A stretch of 64,000 bases of DNA from Acidobacteriota bacterium (GCA_052389315.1 JBQTIE010000051.1:2793-66792); one strand, 5' to 3'. Shown: positions 27,583-41,134, numbered from the stretch's first letter. The notes: generated by a model not told the origin, from the sequence alone. Translations and numbers: made by a program.

Positions 27583-30210
27583 ATGCGCCGCCACCTCCTC
27601 GCCAGCCTGTTGATTCGCGCCTTCGCCCCGCTCGTGCCCGCTCACGTTCGCGTCGATTGGCGGGCGGAGTGGGACGCGGAACTCGCGTCCCTCGACGATC
27701 TGCCTCCGTCTCGGCGGCGCATGCTCCGCCGAGCGATCGGAGCGCTTGCCGACGCCTTCTGGCTTCGTCAGCGTCATGCGGCCGACCTCGACTGGATTGA
27801 CGACCTGCGCTACGGAGGTCGCCAGTTGTTCCAGCATGCGGGCTTTGCGTTGACCGCCATCGGCATCCTCGCGGTGGGCCTGACCGTAACGGTCGCAATG
27901 TTCAGCATCACCACACAGGTCCTGCTCCGCCCTTTGCCGTATCCCGACCCAGACCGCATCGTCACGGTCTGGGAGACGCGCGCACCCGACGAGACGCCGC
28001 TGGACGTGGCGCCGGGGAACTTTCTCGACTGGCAAGCGCGGACGCGATCATTCGATCATCTCGCCGGCGTCGATCCCTGGTCGCTGGACGTGACCACCGA
28101 CTCTCGGCCAGACGTGTGGCCCGCGGCCAAGGTCACGCCCGGGTTCTTCGAAACCTTCGGGGTCGCACCGGTCGTCGGCCGATTCTTCGAGCCCGGGGAA
28201 TACACGAAGGGACATGACCAGGTCGCGGTGATTACCGAATCGCTCTGGCGGCAGCGGTTCGCCGCAGACCCCGATGTGGTGGGCACCTCGATGCGGACGA
28301 GCGACGGTCCTCTGACCATCGTCGGGGTGGTGCCGGCAACGTTCGAACCGAGACTGCTCGGCACGGGAACCGGGCAGCGCCGTGTGTGGTTACCCAAGGC
28401 GATCGAGGCCTACGAGCCCAGCAGTCGTGGGAGGGGGTACTGGGCCGTGGTCGGCCGCCTCAAAGCAGGGGTCGTGCCGGAGGCTGCCCAGGCAGATCTG
28501 ACGGCCGTAGCGCGGCAGCTCGGCACCGAGTACCCAAGAACCAACGGAGGGACTGGCGTTCGTGTCCTGGCTTTGCGCGACCATCTCGTCGGTGACGTCC
28601 GGCTCGGCCTGACGCTCCTGGCCGCCGCCGTCGCGCTCGTGCTCATCATCGCGTGCGTCAACTTGGCCAACCTGCTGCTCGCACGCGGGTCCGCGCGGGA
28701 ACGTGAGGTGGCGATTCGCCTGGCGCTCGGTGCCCGGCGAGGCCGCATTGTTCGGCAGTTGCTGCTCGAGAGCCTCCTGCTCGCCGTGGCCGGGGGCGCG
28801 GCCGGTTGCGTGGCGGCGACGTGGGTCCTCACGGCAATCGCGCGACTGGGGCCGTCGAGTGTTCCGTGGATCGAGTCCCTGCACCTCGACGGACAGGCGG
28901 TGCTCTTCGGCATCGGCGTGTCCATCGGCGTGGCGGTCTGTTCCGGCGTCGTACCGGCGTGGCGGGTCGCGTCCACGGGGCTCGCGGCCGCCGGGCGCCA
29001 GACGTCCACCGCGGATGCCACCACCCACCGGCTCCGCACCGGACTTGTCGTCGCGCAGCTCACGCTCGCTCTGGTGTTGATCTCCGGCGCCGGACTCCTG
29101 ATGCGCAGTTTCGTCGGTCTCCTGGCGGTGGACCCGGGGTTCGCACGCGACCGCGTTGCGGTGACCCAGGTCTTCGCGTGGGACTACAACCCCTCACCCG
29201 CGCAGCTGGCTGGGTTCTTCGACCGGACGCTCGAGCGTCTCTCCGCGCTGCCGGCGGTACAGGCGGTGGGAGCCGTCTCCGCCATGCCGTTCATCGAATC
29301 GAACATCAACGTACAGGGTGTCCTCACATTCCCGGGCCGGCCCGCGGCGACGGATGGCGAAGCCGCTCGCGCGTACCTCTCGGTCGCGACTCCTGGCTAC
29401 TTCGAAGCCATGCGGATTCCTCTGCAGGCAGGTCGCCACCTCGATTCTCGCGACGGATCGTCCACCAAGCGCGTAGCCGTCATCACCGAGACGCTGGCGC
29501 GCCGGTACTGGGCGGGTAGCGACGACGCGCTCGGCGACACGGTGCGCCTTCGCTTTTCCGGAACACCCACCGAGGTCGAGATCGTCGGCATCGTCTCGTC
29601 GCTCAGGCACGATGGGCTCGACAGTGGTCCGCGCGATGAGCTGTTCATGCCGTTGGCGCAGATGCCGTTCGGCTCCATGACCTTCGTCGTCCTCAGCGCA
29701 GGAAACGCTTCGGCGCTGCTAGGGCCCGTCCGCGACGCCATCTGGACCATCAACCCTGCGCAATCGATCTACCGCTCAGCCACGCTCGAGGAACTCGTGG
29801 GAAACACCGTGTCGCCTCGTCGCTCTGCGCTGGGCATCATCGTGGGGTTTGCCCTCGTCTCCTTGCTGCTCGCGGTGGGCGGCGTGTACGGCGTGCTCAG
29901 CGCGGTGATGACGTCGCGTCTGCGGGAGGTCGGGCTGAGGATCGCGCTGGGCGCCACCGGCTGGGACATCGCGGGGTGGGTGGTCGGCCGTGGGCTCTTG
30001 ATGTGCGGACTCGGCTCGGCCCTGGGACTGGCCGGCGCGTTTGGTGCTGGCCAGCTGCTGCGTCGCTCCCTCTTCCAGACAGCGCCCACGGATCCGGTCG
30101 CGCTGGTCGGCGCGGCGACCGTCATGATGCTGGCGGGGCTCGCAGCCTGCGTCGGTCCCGCGCGACGGGCCGCCGCCGCCGATCCCATCACGATCCTTCG
30201 CGCGGAGTGA
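27583..30210 (+). CDS. ADOP-family duplicated orphan ABC-type permease (two FtsX/MacB-like halves)
   Basis: 875 aa. N-terminal prefix helix region (RVDWRAEWDAEL...), then TM, a large periplasmic domain and three TM helices, all repeated twice. FtsX-like blocks REVAIRLALGARRGRIVRQ and REVGLRIALGATGWDI. Immediately follows PadR, as is typical for this family. Confidence 0.85.
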   Translation: MRRHLLASLLIRAFAPLVPAHVRVDWRAEWDAELASLDDLPPSRRRMLRRAIGALADAFWLRQRHAADLDWIDDLRYGGRQLFQHAGFALTAIGILAVGLTVTVAMFSITTQVLLRPLPYPDPDRIVTVWETRAPDETPLDVAPGNFLDWQARTRSFDHLAGVDPWSLDVTTDSRPDVWPAAKVTPGFFETFGVAPVVGRFFEPGEYTKGHDQVAVITESLWRQRFAADPDVVGTSMRTSDGPLTIVGVVPATFEPRLLGTGTGQRRVWLPKAIEAYEPSSRGRGYWAVVGRLKAGVVPEAAQADLTAVARQLGTEYPRTNGGTGVRVLALRDHLVGDVRLGLTLLAAAVALVLIIACVNLANLLLARGSAREREVAIRLALGARRGRIVRQLLLESLLLAVAGGAAGCVAATWVLTAIARLGPSSVPWIESLHLDGQAVLFGIGVSIGVAVCSGVVPAWRVASTGLAAAGRQTSTADATTHRLRTGLVVAQLTLALVLISGAGLLMRSFVGLLAVDPGFARDRVAVTQVFAWDYNPSPAQLAGFFDRTLERLSALPAVQAVGAVSAMPFIESNINVQGVLTFPGRPAATDGEAARAYLSVATPGYFEAMRIPLQAGRHLDSRDGSSTKRVAVITETLARRYWAGSDDALGDTVRLRFSGTPTEVEIVGIVSSLRHDGLDSGPRDELFMPLAQMPFGSMTFVVLSAGNASALLGPVRDAIWTINPAQSIYRSATLEELVGNTVSPRRSALGIIVGFALVSLLLAVGGVYGVLSAVMTSRLREVGLRIALGATGWDIAGWVVGRGLLMCGLGSALGLAGAFGAGQLLRRSLFQTAPTDPVALVGAATVMMLAGLAACVGPARRAAAADPITILRAE

Positions 30211-30252
30211 CTACGCCGGCCAGGACCCGCGTGGCGCCGAGGCACGCGTCGA

Positions 30253-31242
30253 TCAACGCCGCGTCAAGAGCTCGACGATCAGGCGCTCGAGCTGGAATTG
30301 CGGCTCTCCTACCGAGGACTTGATCGCCAGATCCGTCCGGAATACGGCGTCGAGCGCCGGTCGCACGCGGGCGTCGGGCTGAAGCCGCCCCACCGCCGCG
30401 CGAATCTGTCCGAGCACGAGGAAGGCCGGGACCCCGGCGTCGCTGAGCGCCGCGAGCTCGCGCAGTGCGGCCTTGGCATTGTTGGCCCATATCGCGCGGC
30501 CCAACGCAAAGTCCTCACCCGGCTCCGACTGGGGCATGACGACCGCGCGGACGTGAGCCGCGGAGATCTCCGCCTCACTGCCGGCGAACAGCAGGACCTT
30601 CTCCAGCTCGCCGCGGAGACGACCGCGGTGCCTCCCGCACGTCTCGACCAGCGCCGCCACGGCTGCAGGCGCTATCGTGCGGCCCTTCTGCTGACACCAC
30701 GCCGCTGTCCACTGCTTTGCCTCGGCGTCGCTTTCGAGCGACCCGCAGTCCACGTTCACCGCGTGCTGACGGACGAGCTTCACCAGCCGCCGATTCCCGT
30801 CCAGATCGCCAGCGACGAACACGACCGTCGTCAGGCGCTCGGGCGCCTCCAAATACTGCTCCAGCTCCTCGGCGGGCGTCGATGTCCTCCCTCGCTTCCT
30901 GGCGGTGTCGGGCGGTGCCGCTTCGGGCTCGTCCCTGGCCTTCCTGGGCGAGAGCAGGGCCTCCGCCTGATGCACAAGGATCACGCGACGAGGCGACATC
31001 ATCGGAAGCGTCCGTGCCGCTGCGAGCAGCTCGCCGATCAGCTGATCGCGTTGGCCGGCCGTGGTGGCCTGATTGGCGTGGAAGCCCTGGACGTTGAAGG
31101 CCTGCAGGCCCTCGTCGATTACCGCGGCGAACTCAACAGCCAGCTCGTGGCTGGACCTCAGGTCGTCACCTTGCAGCAGATAGAGCGGCGCGGTGTCGCC
31201 GGCCTTGATTTGCCGGCGAACCTCAGCAGCGGTGACAGGCAT
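30253..31242 (-). CDS. holA: DNA polymerase III subunit delta
   Basis: APLYLLQGDDLRSSHELAVEF... 329 aa. leuS-lptE-holA gene order. Confidence 0.78.
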   Translation of the reverse strand: MPVTAAEVRRQIKAGDTAPLYLLQGDDLRSSHELAVEFAAVIDEGLQAFNVQGFHANQATTAGQRDQLIGELLAAARTLPMMSPRRVILVHQAEALLSPRKARDEPEAAPPDTARKRGRTSTPAEELEQYLEAPERLTTVVFVAGDLDGNRRLVKLVRQHAVNVDCGSLESDAEAKQWTAAWCQQKGRTIAPAAVAALVETCGRHRGRLRGELEKVLLFAGSEAEISAAHVRAVVMPQSEPGEDFALGRAIWANNAKAALRELAALSDAGVPAFLVLGQIRAAVGRLQPDARVRPALDAVFRTDLAIKSSVGEPQFQLERLIVELLTRR

Positions 31243-31302
31243 GACGACTCTCTGCTACCGGCCCAACCCGTTGTGCCAACACGGCAAGCCTCGACAGCCC
31301 GC

Positions 31303-31878
31303 TCAGAAGGCCTCGAGAATGGCCGACACCACCGAGCGCGCAAAATCGGTGGACAGGCGATCGATCGCGGCCCGCTCCTGATCGAGAAACGCGGCGCCAT
31401 CGAGCCCGACGCTCGTTCGGCTCGACAGCTCGTATTCGTCCGAAAAGGCCAGCGCCGGATTCTCCCACAGCGTTTTCTTCTGGGTGGCGTCCTCGAACTT
31501 CACGCTCACGGTTACGGTAAAGCGGTACCGGGTGGCCAGCTGGGCATCGGTGAAACCGACTGGCGCTGCCGAGATGCCCGTGATCTCGCCCCGAACGACT
31601 CCGTCGGCGCCCGTCTCCGCGGGTTGAATCGAATAGCGACCGCGGCTCTGGAATTCGACGCGCACCTTCTCGGTGAACATCAGCTCCGCGGTGAGATAGG
31701 GAGTGCGGTTGAGAAACAAGGGGATCGCCACCACCCGGATGTAGTCGGGGAGAAACGAGCCGCGCCCGGCGAGCGAGTACCCGCAAGCCACAGAGACCAT
31801 GGCGCCCCCAGCCGCCGGGATGAGCTTGATTGCCGTCCGTCGCGTCATACCCCTGCTCATCTCACACGTCCTCCGCAC
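31303..31878 (-). CDS. lptE: LPS-assembly lipoprotein LptE-like
   Basis: Lipobox-like VSVAC followed by GYSLAGRGSFLPDYIRVVAIPLFLNRT. Conserved position between leuS and holA. Start uncertain (31878, 31860 or 31848). Confidence 0.6.
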   Translation of the reverse strand: MRRTCEMSRGMTRRTAIKLIPAAGGAMVSVACGYSLAGRGSFLPDYIRVVAIPLFLNRTPYLTAELMFTEKVRVEFQSRGRYSIQPAETGADGVVRGEITGISAAPVGFTDAQLATRYRFTVTVSVKFEDATQKKTLWENPALAFSDEYELSSRTSVGLDGAAFLDQERAAIDRLSTDFARSVVSAILEAF

Positions 31879-31920
31879 CGCGTCTCGCTCGCCCTCATTC
31901 GGACGGCGTACCCCGGCTGC

Positions 31921-34434
<2,514 letters not shown>

Positions 34435-34464
34435 GTCGGTTCTCGTAACGGGTTGTATCCGTTA

Positions 34465-34473
34465 AGGATAGCA
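34465..34473 (-). promoter_or_regulatory. extended -10-like element TGcTATCCT upstream of leuS
   Basis: The reverse strand reads TGCTATCCT 30 nt upstream of the leuS GTG, inside the 48-bp gap after the HDAC-family gene. Confidence 0.35.
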
Positions 34474-34482
34474 GACGTGACG

Positions 34483-35514
34483 TCACGGCCATGCCGCCTG
34501 CCACCTGCCATGGACACGACGCACTTCGGCCACCGTGCGTTCCCCGCGACGTGAGTCCCCCGCCGCCGACGCTGGATCGGGAACCGAGCGCGCCGATGCC
34601 AGGTCGATCAGCTGCTGGCAACACTCACCAAGCGCCGTTGCATCGTAGCCACCCTCGGTCACGAAGACGATGCGGCCTTCACAGTGAGTGTCGGCGGCAT
34701 GAAGCAGCCGTCGGATGAGGATGCTGAACCCTTCGGTGGTCATGCGCAGTCCGGCAAGCGGATCGCGCTCGTGGGCGTCGAACCCGGCGGAGACCAGCAG
34801 CAGGTCTGGGTTGAAGGCCTCGAGGATCGGCAGCGTCAGCTGGCGATACACCAGGTCCACATCCGCGTCAGTTGCACCGGCGTCGAGGGGCATGTTCACT
34901 GTGAACCCCGCACCAGCGCCGAGCCCCACGTCCTCCGAGGCACCGGTGCCTGGATAAAACGGGTGCTGATGGGACGACATGAACAACACGGTCGGGTCGC
35001 ACTCGAACATGTGCTCGGTGCCGTTGCCGTGGTGAACGTCGAAGTCAACGATCGCAAGGCGTGCGACGCCCTTGGCCCTGGCGTAGGCGGCGCCGACGGC
35101 AATGTTGTTGTAGAGGCAGAAGCCCATCGCTCGGTCGGGCTCGGCGTGATGTCCAGGGGGCCTGACCAACGCCACGGCCCGCCTCGGGGCCCCGTCCAAC
35201 ACGTCGTCGATGGCGGTGAGCACGGCGCCGGCCGCCAGCCGGGCCACGTGCTCGGAGTCGGGAGACGTGAAGGTGTCGGGATCCAGCATGGCCGCCCGGC
35301 CGCGCGTCTCCGCGACAGCGCGGAGGTACGCCGCGGTGTGCACACGGCCGAGGTCGACATCGCCGGCTTCGCGCGGCTGGACGAGCCGACCCCCGCCCCG
35401 GGCCCAACCGTCCGCGACATGCTGCATCACCTCGGCTCGCTCGGGGCGTTCGGGATGTCCCGGCGGCGTCACGTGATCGGTGAACCGCTCGCTGGTCACG
35501 ACACTCAAGGGCAT
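34483..35514 (-). CDS. histone deacetylase-family (acetoin utilization / acetylpolyamine amidohydrolase-like) protein
   Basis: HPERPERAE, RPPGHHA and DFDVHHGNGTEHMF motifs. Start at ATG 35514 (MPLSVVTSERF); the track ORF's N-terminal 107 aa are Arg/Pro-rich and look non-coding. Confidence 0.85.
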   Translation of the reverse strand: MPLSVVTSERFTDHVTPPGHPERPERAEVMQHVADGWARGGGRLVQPREAGDVDLGRVHTAAYLRAVAETRGRAAMLDPDTFTSPDSEHVARLAAGAVLTAIDDVLDGAPRRAVALVRPPGHHAEPDRAMGFCLYNNIAVGAAYARAKGVARLAIVDFDVHHGNGTEHMFECDPTVLFMSSHQHPFYPGTGASEDVGLGAGAGFTVNMPLDAGATDADVDLVYRQLTLPILEAFNPDLLLVSAGFDAHERDPLAGLRMTTEGFSILIRRLLHAADTHCEGRIVFVTEGGYDATALGECCQQLIDLASARSVPDPASAAGDSRRGERTVAEVRRVHGRWQAAWP

Positions 35515-35527
35515 CGTCTTGCTCCGG

Positions 35528-36319
35528 TCACGTGGCGGCTTTTCCCGGTGCCGCGAGCAGGCGCCCGCACCGCGTCTCGCATTCCCCCAACACGCGCTCC
35601 AAGGTCCGGCACGACTGTTCGATCTCCTGGGCGTCCGCCTGGGACGAGATCCGTATCGGCGGCGCAAAGGCCAGCGCCACGGTGGCAAAGGGCTTGGGGA
35701 TCTGGCTGCCGTCCCAGCTGCCGAGCGTCCAGCGACGGCTGGCCTCGAGGTGGAACGGGATGATGGGGTTGCCCGTTGTCCGCGCCAGCCATGCCGCACC
35801 CGGCTGCGCCACGCGCGCCGGACCTCGCGGGCCATCCAGCGTAAAGGCGACCGGCGTGGTCTTGGCGTCGCGAATCATTTGCCGCAAGGCCTTGCGAGAA
35901 CCGCGCGACGAGGAACCCCTGGCCGTGCGGTAGCCGAAACGGGTGATGATGCGCGCAATCCACTCCCCGTCGAAATTATCGCTCGTGATGACCACGATGC
36001 CGCGGTTCTTGAAGTAGATCGTACCGGGCAGAATGCGCCCGTGCCAGAAGGCGTGAATTGGCGGCCCGAGCGCCGACGCCGCCGTCAAGTGCTCCAAGCC
36101 GTCGACCCGAAAGCGGTACGTCGACCCGAGCGCTGCCAGCAGCGGGTAGCCCAGCGCTCCGATGAGCCCGGCCTGCGTTCGTTTGAGCCACGAACGCTGC
36201 CAGGCCGGTACGATTGGCGCCTCCGTACGACTTTCCACGTCAACGTTCAACGTCGTCTGCGGAGACCGCGGGCCCGCCGCTGCGCGGGCGCCGAGCCATG
36301 ACGATCCGATCGATGGCAA
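35528..36319 (-). CDS. DUF374 / lysophospholipid-acyltransferase-like protein
   Basis: IHAFWHGRILPGT...VVITSDNFDGEWIARIITRFGYRTARGSSSRGS...TLDGPRGPARVAQPGAAWLA is typical of the DUF374 family. Confidence 0.7.
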   Translation of the reverse strand: MPSIGSSWLGARAAAGPRSPQTTLNVDVESRTEAPIVPAWQRSWLKRTQAGLIGALGYPLLAALGSTYRFRVDGLEHLTAASALGPPIHAFWHGRILPGTIYFKNRGIVVITSDNFDGEWIARIITRFGYRTARGSSSRGSRKALRQMIRDAKTTPVAFTLDGPRGPARVAQPGAAWLARTTGNPIIPFHLEASRRWTLGSWDGSQIPKPFATVALAFAPPIRISSQADAQEIEQSCRTLERVLGECETRCGRLLAAPGKAAT

Positions 36320-36342
36320 GGTGGCGAGGTGAGCGGTCGCCC

Positions 36343-37998
36343 CTACATGCCGTCATACTGCGGTCCACCGCCGCCTTCGGGTGGCACCCAGGTGATGACC
36401 CCATAGGGATCCATGATGTCGCACGTCTTGCAGTGGACACAGTTCGACGCGTTGATCTGCAGCCGTTTCTGCCCGCGGTCCTCGACGATTTCGTACACGT
36501 TGGCGGGACAGAATCGCACGCACGGATGTCCGAACTCGTCGCCGCAGATCGTATGGCACACCTCGGTGTGGACCAGGAGGTGAACCGGCTGGTCCTCATC
36601 ATGCTGTGTGGCCGAATAGTGGACGTTGGTCACCTTGTCGAACACGAGCTTTCGGTCGGGCGGGACCGCGTTCGATGGCGTGAGAATGTCTCGCTTCTCG
36701 AGTCCGTAGTACTCGTCGAGCTTGCGCAGTTTCGTATGACCTGGTTCGCCGTGGAGATCCCCCATCAGCCGGCCGCCGGTGAGCAGGGTCAGCCCGGCGA
36801 CGGCCGTGCCCGCATAGAAGCCCTTGCTGAACGCCTGATGCACATTGCGGACCGGATAGAGCTCGGCCCTGATGGCGCTCTCGTCGACACGCGCCTTGTA
36901 CTGCTGGAGGGCGCCAGCCGACACGTCTGCCGCCTTTACGGCCTCAAAGGCGGTCTCGGCCGCCAGCATCCCACTGCGCATCGCCAGGTGGATGCCCTTC
37001 AGCCTCAGAGAGTTCACGAAGCTCGCCGCATCGCCGACGATCAGGCACCCGGCGGCAAACAGTGCCGGCTGCGTGTTCCATCCGCCTTCTGGCAGCGCCT
37101 TCGCGCCGTAGCGAAGCATCTGGCCGCCGTCGAGCAGGCTTCGGACGAAAGGATGTTGTTTGAAGCGCTGGAAGGCCGCGTGCGGGTCGAACAGCGGATC
37201 TCGGTAGTTGAGTCCCACGACAAACCCGATCGACAACCGTCCGCCGGGCATGGCATAGAGAAAGCTGCCACCGAATTCTTCCTCCCGCAGCGGGTACCCC
37301 ATGGTGTGGATCACCGTGCCCGCGGGAATCCGTTCAGCCGGCACGTCCCAAACTTCCTTGAGCCCGATGGCGTACTCGGCCGGATGCGCCGCGTTGCCCA
37401 ACTGCAGACGCCTGCTGAGTTCCTTGGTCAGGTTTCCCCGCACGCCGTCCGCGAAGATCGTGACTTTCGCTCTGACGTCGGCCCCCGGCTCGAAGGCACT
37501 CTTGCGCTCCCCGGTTCGACCGACACCCTTGTCTCCGGTGCGCACCCCAACGACGACCCCGTCCTCGATCAGCACCGACTGCCCGGCAAAGCCCGTGAAC
37601 ACGTCGATGCCCGCCTCTTCAGCCTGGGCGCCGAGCCACGCGGTGAACTTGTTCAATGAAATGATCGAGTTGCCGTGATTTCTCAGCGGCGGCGGCGTGA
37701 CCGGCAGACGAAAGCGCCCCTTTTGCGTCAGGAAATAGATGTTGTCTTCACGGACATCGCACTCGATGGGCGCCCCCCTCGCCGCGAAGTCGGGCATCAG
37801 GTCCCGCAGCGCCGACGGGTCGAGCAGGGCTCCCGACAGCTGGTGTGCACCGATCTCCCGAGCCTTCTCGAGGACGGCCACGGCCAACGGATCTCCGCCG
37901 GCGGCTTTCGGGAGCTGGGCGAGCCGAATCGCGGCCGCGAGGCCGGCCGGTCCCCCGCCGGCGATCAAGACATCAACCTCGAGAGCTTCGCGGCTCAC
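36343..37998 (-). CDS. electron-transfer flavoprotein:ubiquinone oxidoreductase
   Basis: FAD fold DVLIAGGGPAGLAAAIRL and a C-terminal 4Fe-4S region CVRFCPANVYE...NASNCVHCKTCDI. The GTG start at 37998 overlaps the etfA stop (GTGA). Confidence 0.9.
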   Translation of the reverse strand: MSREALEVDVLIAGGGPAGLAAAIRLAQLPKAAGGDPLAVAVLEKAREIGAHQLSGALLDPSALRDLMPDFAARGAPIECDVREDNIYFLTQKGRFRLPVTPPPLRNHGNSIISLNKFTAWLGAQAEEAGIDVFTGFAGQSVLIEDGVVVGVRTGDKGVGRTGERKSAFEPGADVRAKVTIFADGVRGNLTKELSRRLQLGNAAHPAEYAIGLKEVWDVPAERIPAGTVIHTMGYPLREEEFGGSFLYAMPGGRLSIGFVVGLNYRDPLFDPHAAFQRFKQHPFVRSLLDGGQMLRYGAKALPEGGWNTQPALFAAGCLIVGDAASFVNSLRLKGIHLAMRSGMLAAETAFEAVKAADVSAGALQQYKARVDESAIRAELYPVRNVHQAFSKGFYAGTAVAGLTLLTGGRLMGDLHGEPGHTKLRKLDEYYGLEKRDILTPSNAVPPDRKLVFDKVTNVHYSATQHDEDQPVHLLVHTEVCHTICGDEFGHPCVRFCPANVYEIVEDRGQKRLQINASNCVHCKTCDIMDPYGVITWVPPEGGGGPQYDGM

Positions 37999-38965
37999 TT
38001 GGTCAGTTCCGCGACCAGGGCTGGGGCAATCTCGAAGATGTCCCCGGCGATGCCGTAGTCGGCCACCTCGAAAATCGGTGCCTCGGTGTCCTTGTTGATC
38101 GCCACGATCGTGCGCGACCCCTTCATGCCCACCAGGTGCTGAATGGCGCCGGAAATACCAAGCGCGACATACAGCTTCGGCGCGACGGTCTGACCCGAGC
38201 TGCCGATTTGCCGCTCCATCGGCAACCATCCGTTGTCACAGATCGGCCGTGACGCCGCCAGTTCGGCGTGAAAGGCTTTCGCCAGCGACTCGGCGACGGG
38301 CAGATTGTCCTGGGTCTTGATGCCGCGGCCCACTGCCACGATGCGTTCGGCCTGCGCCAGGTCGACCGCCTGTTTGGCTTCCTGGAAGGGTGGTTCGGGC
38401 GATTGGCGAATCGCCGCCGCGTCAAGGGTGACCTCGACGGGAGTGATCGCCGCCGCGCTGGCACCGCGTCGCGCAGCATCGGCGCGAAAGGCACCAATCT
38501 GGATGGTCACGATGTGTGGACCCTCGCCAACGGGCACCACATCGGCCGTCAGTTTGCCCTGGAACATGGGTCGTGAAAACGCCGGCTCGCCGTTGACCGC
38601 CTTGACCCCGATGACATCGGTCACCAGCGCGCGGTCGATCGCCGTCGCCAGCGCCGATGCGAAGTCTCGAGCCTGATACGTGTGCGGCAGGACCACGAGC
38701 GATGCCGACGTGTGCTCGATGACCTGGCGCACGGCCTGCACGTACGCGCCTGGCGTGTACGGACTCAGACCGCTCGCCTGGACGGTGACCACGCCCGCGA
38801 CGTCGGCCGCCGCAAGCTCGCCGGCCAGCGCCGCGACGTCGCTCCCCAGGGCCGCGACGGTGATTGGGCCCGTGGCGCCCACCTCGACCAGCTGCTGGGC
38901 GGCGGCGATCGACTCCCAGCTGGCGGGGTTGAGCTTGCCGTCTCGCTGCTCCGCTACGACGAGGA

Positions 38966-38969
<4 letters not shown>
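37995..38969 (-). CDS. etfA: electron transfer flavoprotein subunit alpha
   Basis: MILVVAEQRDGKLN... and C-terminal FAD block RPICDNGWLP...QIGSSGQTVAPKLYVALGISGAIQHLVGM. The start overlaps the etfB stop (ATGA). Confidence 0.92.
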
Positions 38970-39739
<770 letters not shown>

Positions 39740-39851
39740 CGATGACTCCACCCCGCGTGTGGTACCTGCGCACCAGGCGGGACATGTGCCGGTCCGTCAG
39801 GATGTGTTTCCCGATCGGGTCGAGCACCCTTCGGCGGTCGCGAACCGCTCG

Positions 39852-41096
39852 TTATGACGCCGAGAATCGCTTGAACAGCAAGGCCCCGTTCGTTCCGCCG
39901 AAGCCGAACGAGTTCGACAAGGCATAGCGCACCGGCATCTCGCGGCCCTGACGCGGCACGTAGTCAAGGTCGAGGCCCTCATCAGGGTGCTCGAGGTTTG
40001 CGGTGGGCGGCACACGCTGATGATAGACCGCCAACGCGGTAATGCCGGCCTCGAGCCCTCCGGCGGCGCCCAACAGGTGTCCCGTCATCGACTTGGTGGA
40101 CGAGACCGCCAACCGATGCGCGTGCGGACCGAAGGTTCGCTTGATCGCCTGGGTCTCGATGCGATCGTTGTGCGGGGTCGAGGTCCCGTGGGCATTGACG
40201 TAGTCGACGGCGTCGGGGCCGACACCAGCCGATTCGAGCGCGGCCCGCATCACCCGGCACGCACCATCTCCGTCCTCCGATGGGGCGGTCATGTGATATG
40301 CGTCCCCGGACATGCCGTATCCGACCATCTCGGCATAGATGGGTGCTTCACGACGTTGGGCGTACTCGAGGGCCTCCAGAATCAACACGCCCGCCCCCTC
40401 GCCCAGGACGAACCCGTCGCGATCCTTGTCAAAGGGCCGACTGGCTCGCGCCGGATCGTCGTTGCGGGTCGAGAGGGCTCGCAGGGCTCCGAATCCGCCG
40501 ACGCCCATGGCACAGATCGCCGCTTCGGACCCGCCCGCGATCATGACGTCGGCGGCCCCCCGGCGGATGATCTCGAACGCATCCCCGATGGCGTGCGCGG
40601 AGGCCGTGCAGGCCGTGCACGTCGCAGAGTTGGGCCCCTTCGCCCCGAAGCGGATGGAGACCTGGCCCGAGGCCAGGTTGATGATGGCGCTCGGAATGAA
40701 GAACGGGGAGATCTTGCGAGGGCCGCCCTCGAGCAACGCACGGTGCTCGCGCTCGATCGTCGTGAATCCGCCGATGCCCGACGCAATATACACGCCCACC
40801 CGCGCCGCGTTGTCGGGGCCGACGACCAGTCGGGCGTCGTCGACAGCGAACTGCGACGCGGCCACCGCGAACTGAATGAAGATATCCATCTTCTTCAGTT
40901 CCTTTTTCTCGATGAAGTGCAAGGGGTCGAAGCCCTTCACCTCCCCGGCAAACCGCGTCGCGAAGGCCGACGCATCGAAGCGCGTAATCGGCCCGATGCC
41001 GCTGACGCCGGCGCACAGCGCGTCCCAGTTGGCTTGGGTGCCGATGGCCACCGGCGACACCAAGCCGATGCCCGTCACTACCACTCGCCTGCTCAA
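39852..41096 (-). CDS. fabF: beta-ketoacyl-ACP synthase II
   Basis: (M)SRRVVVTGIGLVSP..., active-site region SATCTACTASAHAIG, and NAHGTSTP...HLLGAAG. TTG 41096 has a GGAGG 5 nt upstream and reproduces the usual MS.RRVVVTG N-terminus; the track start is GTG 41120. Confidence 0.94.
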   Translation of the reverse strand: MSRRVVVTGIGLVSPVAIGTQANWDALCAGVSGIGPITRFDASAFATRFAGEVKGFDPLHFIEKKELKKMDIFIQFAVAASQFAVDDARLVVGPDNAARVGVYIASGIGGFTTIEREHRALLEGGPRKISPFFIPSAIINLASGQVSIRFGAKGPNSATCTACTASAHAIGDAFEIIRRGAADVMIAGGSEAAICAMGVGGFGALRALSTRNDDPARASRPFDKDRDGFVLGEGAGVLILEALEYAQRREAPIYAEMVGYGMSGDAYHMTAPSEDGDGACRVMRAALESAGVGPDAVDYVNAHGTSTPHNDRIETQAIKRTFGPHAHRLAVSSTKSMTGHLLGAAGGLEAGITALAVYHQRVPPTANLEHPDEGLDLDYVPRQGREMPVRYALSNSFGFGGTNGALLFKRFSAS

Positions 41097-41134
41097 CGAT
41101 GCCTCCGTCCGCCCACGCACCGCCCCGCTATCGG

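Noticed and set aside
30211-30252. The convergent junction of plus- and minus-strand gene blocks as a possible replication terminus or dif site
   Set aside because: The 42-bp gap is GC-rich, with no XerCD-type AT-rich central region or recognisable dif-like half-sites. The strand switch alone is insufficient evidence.
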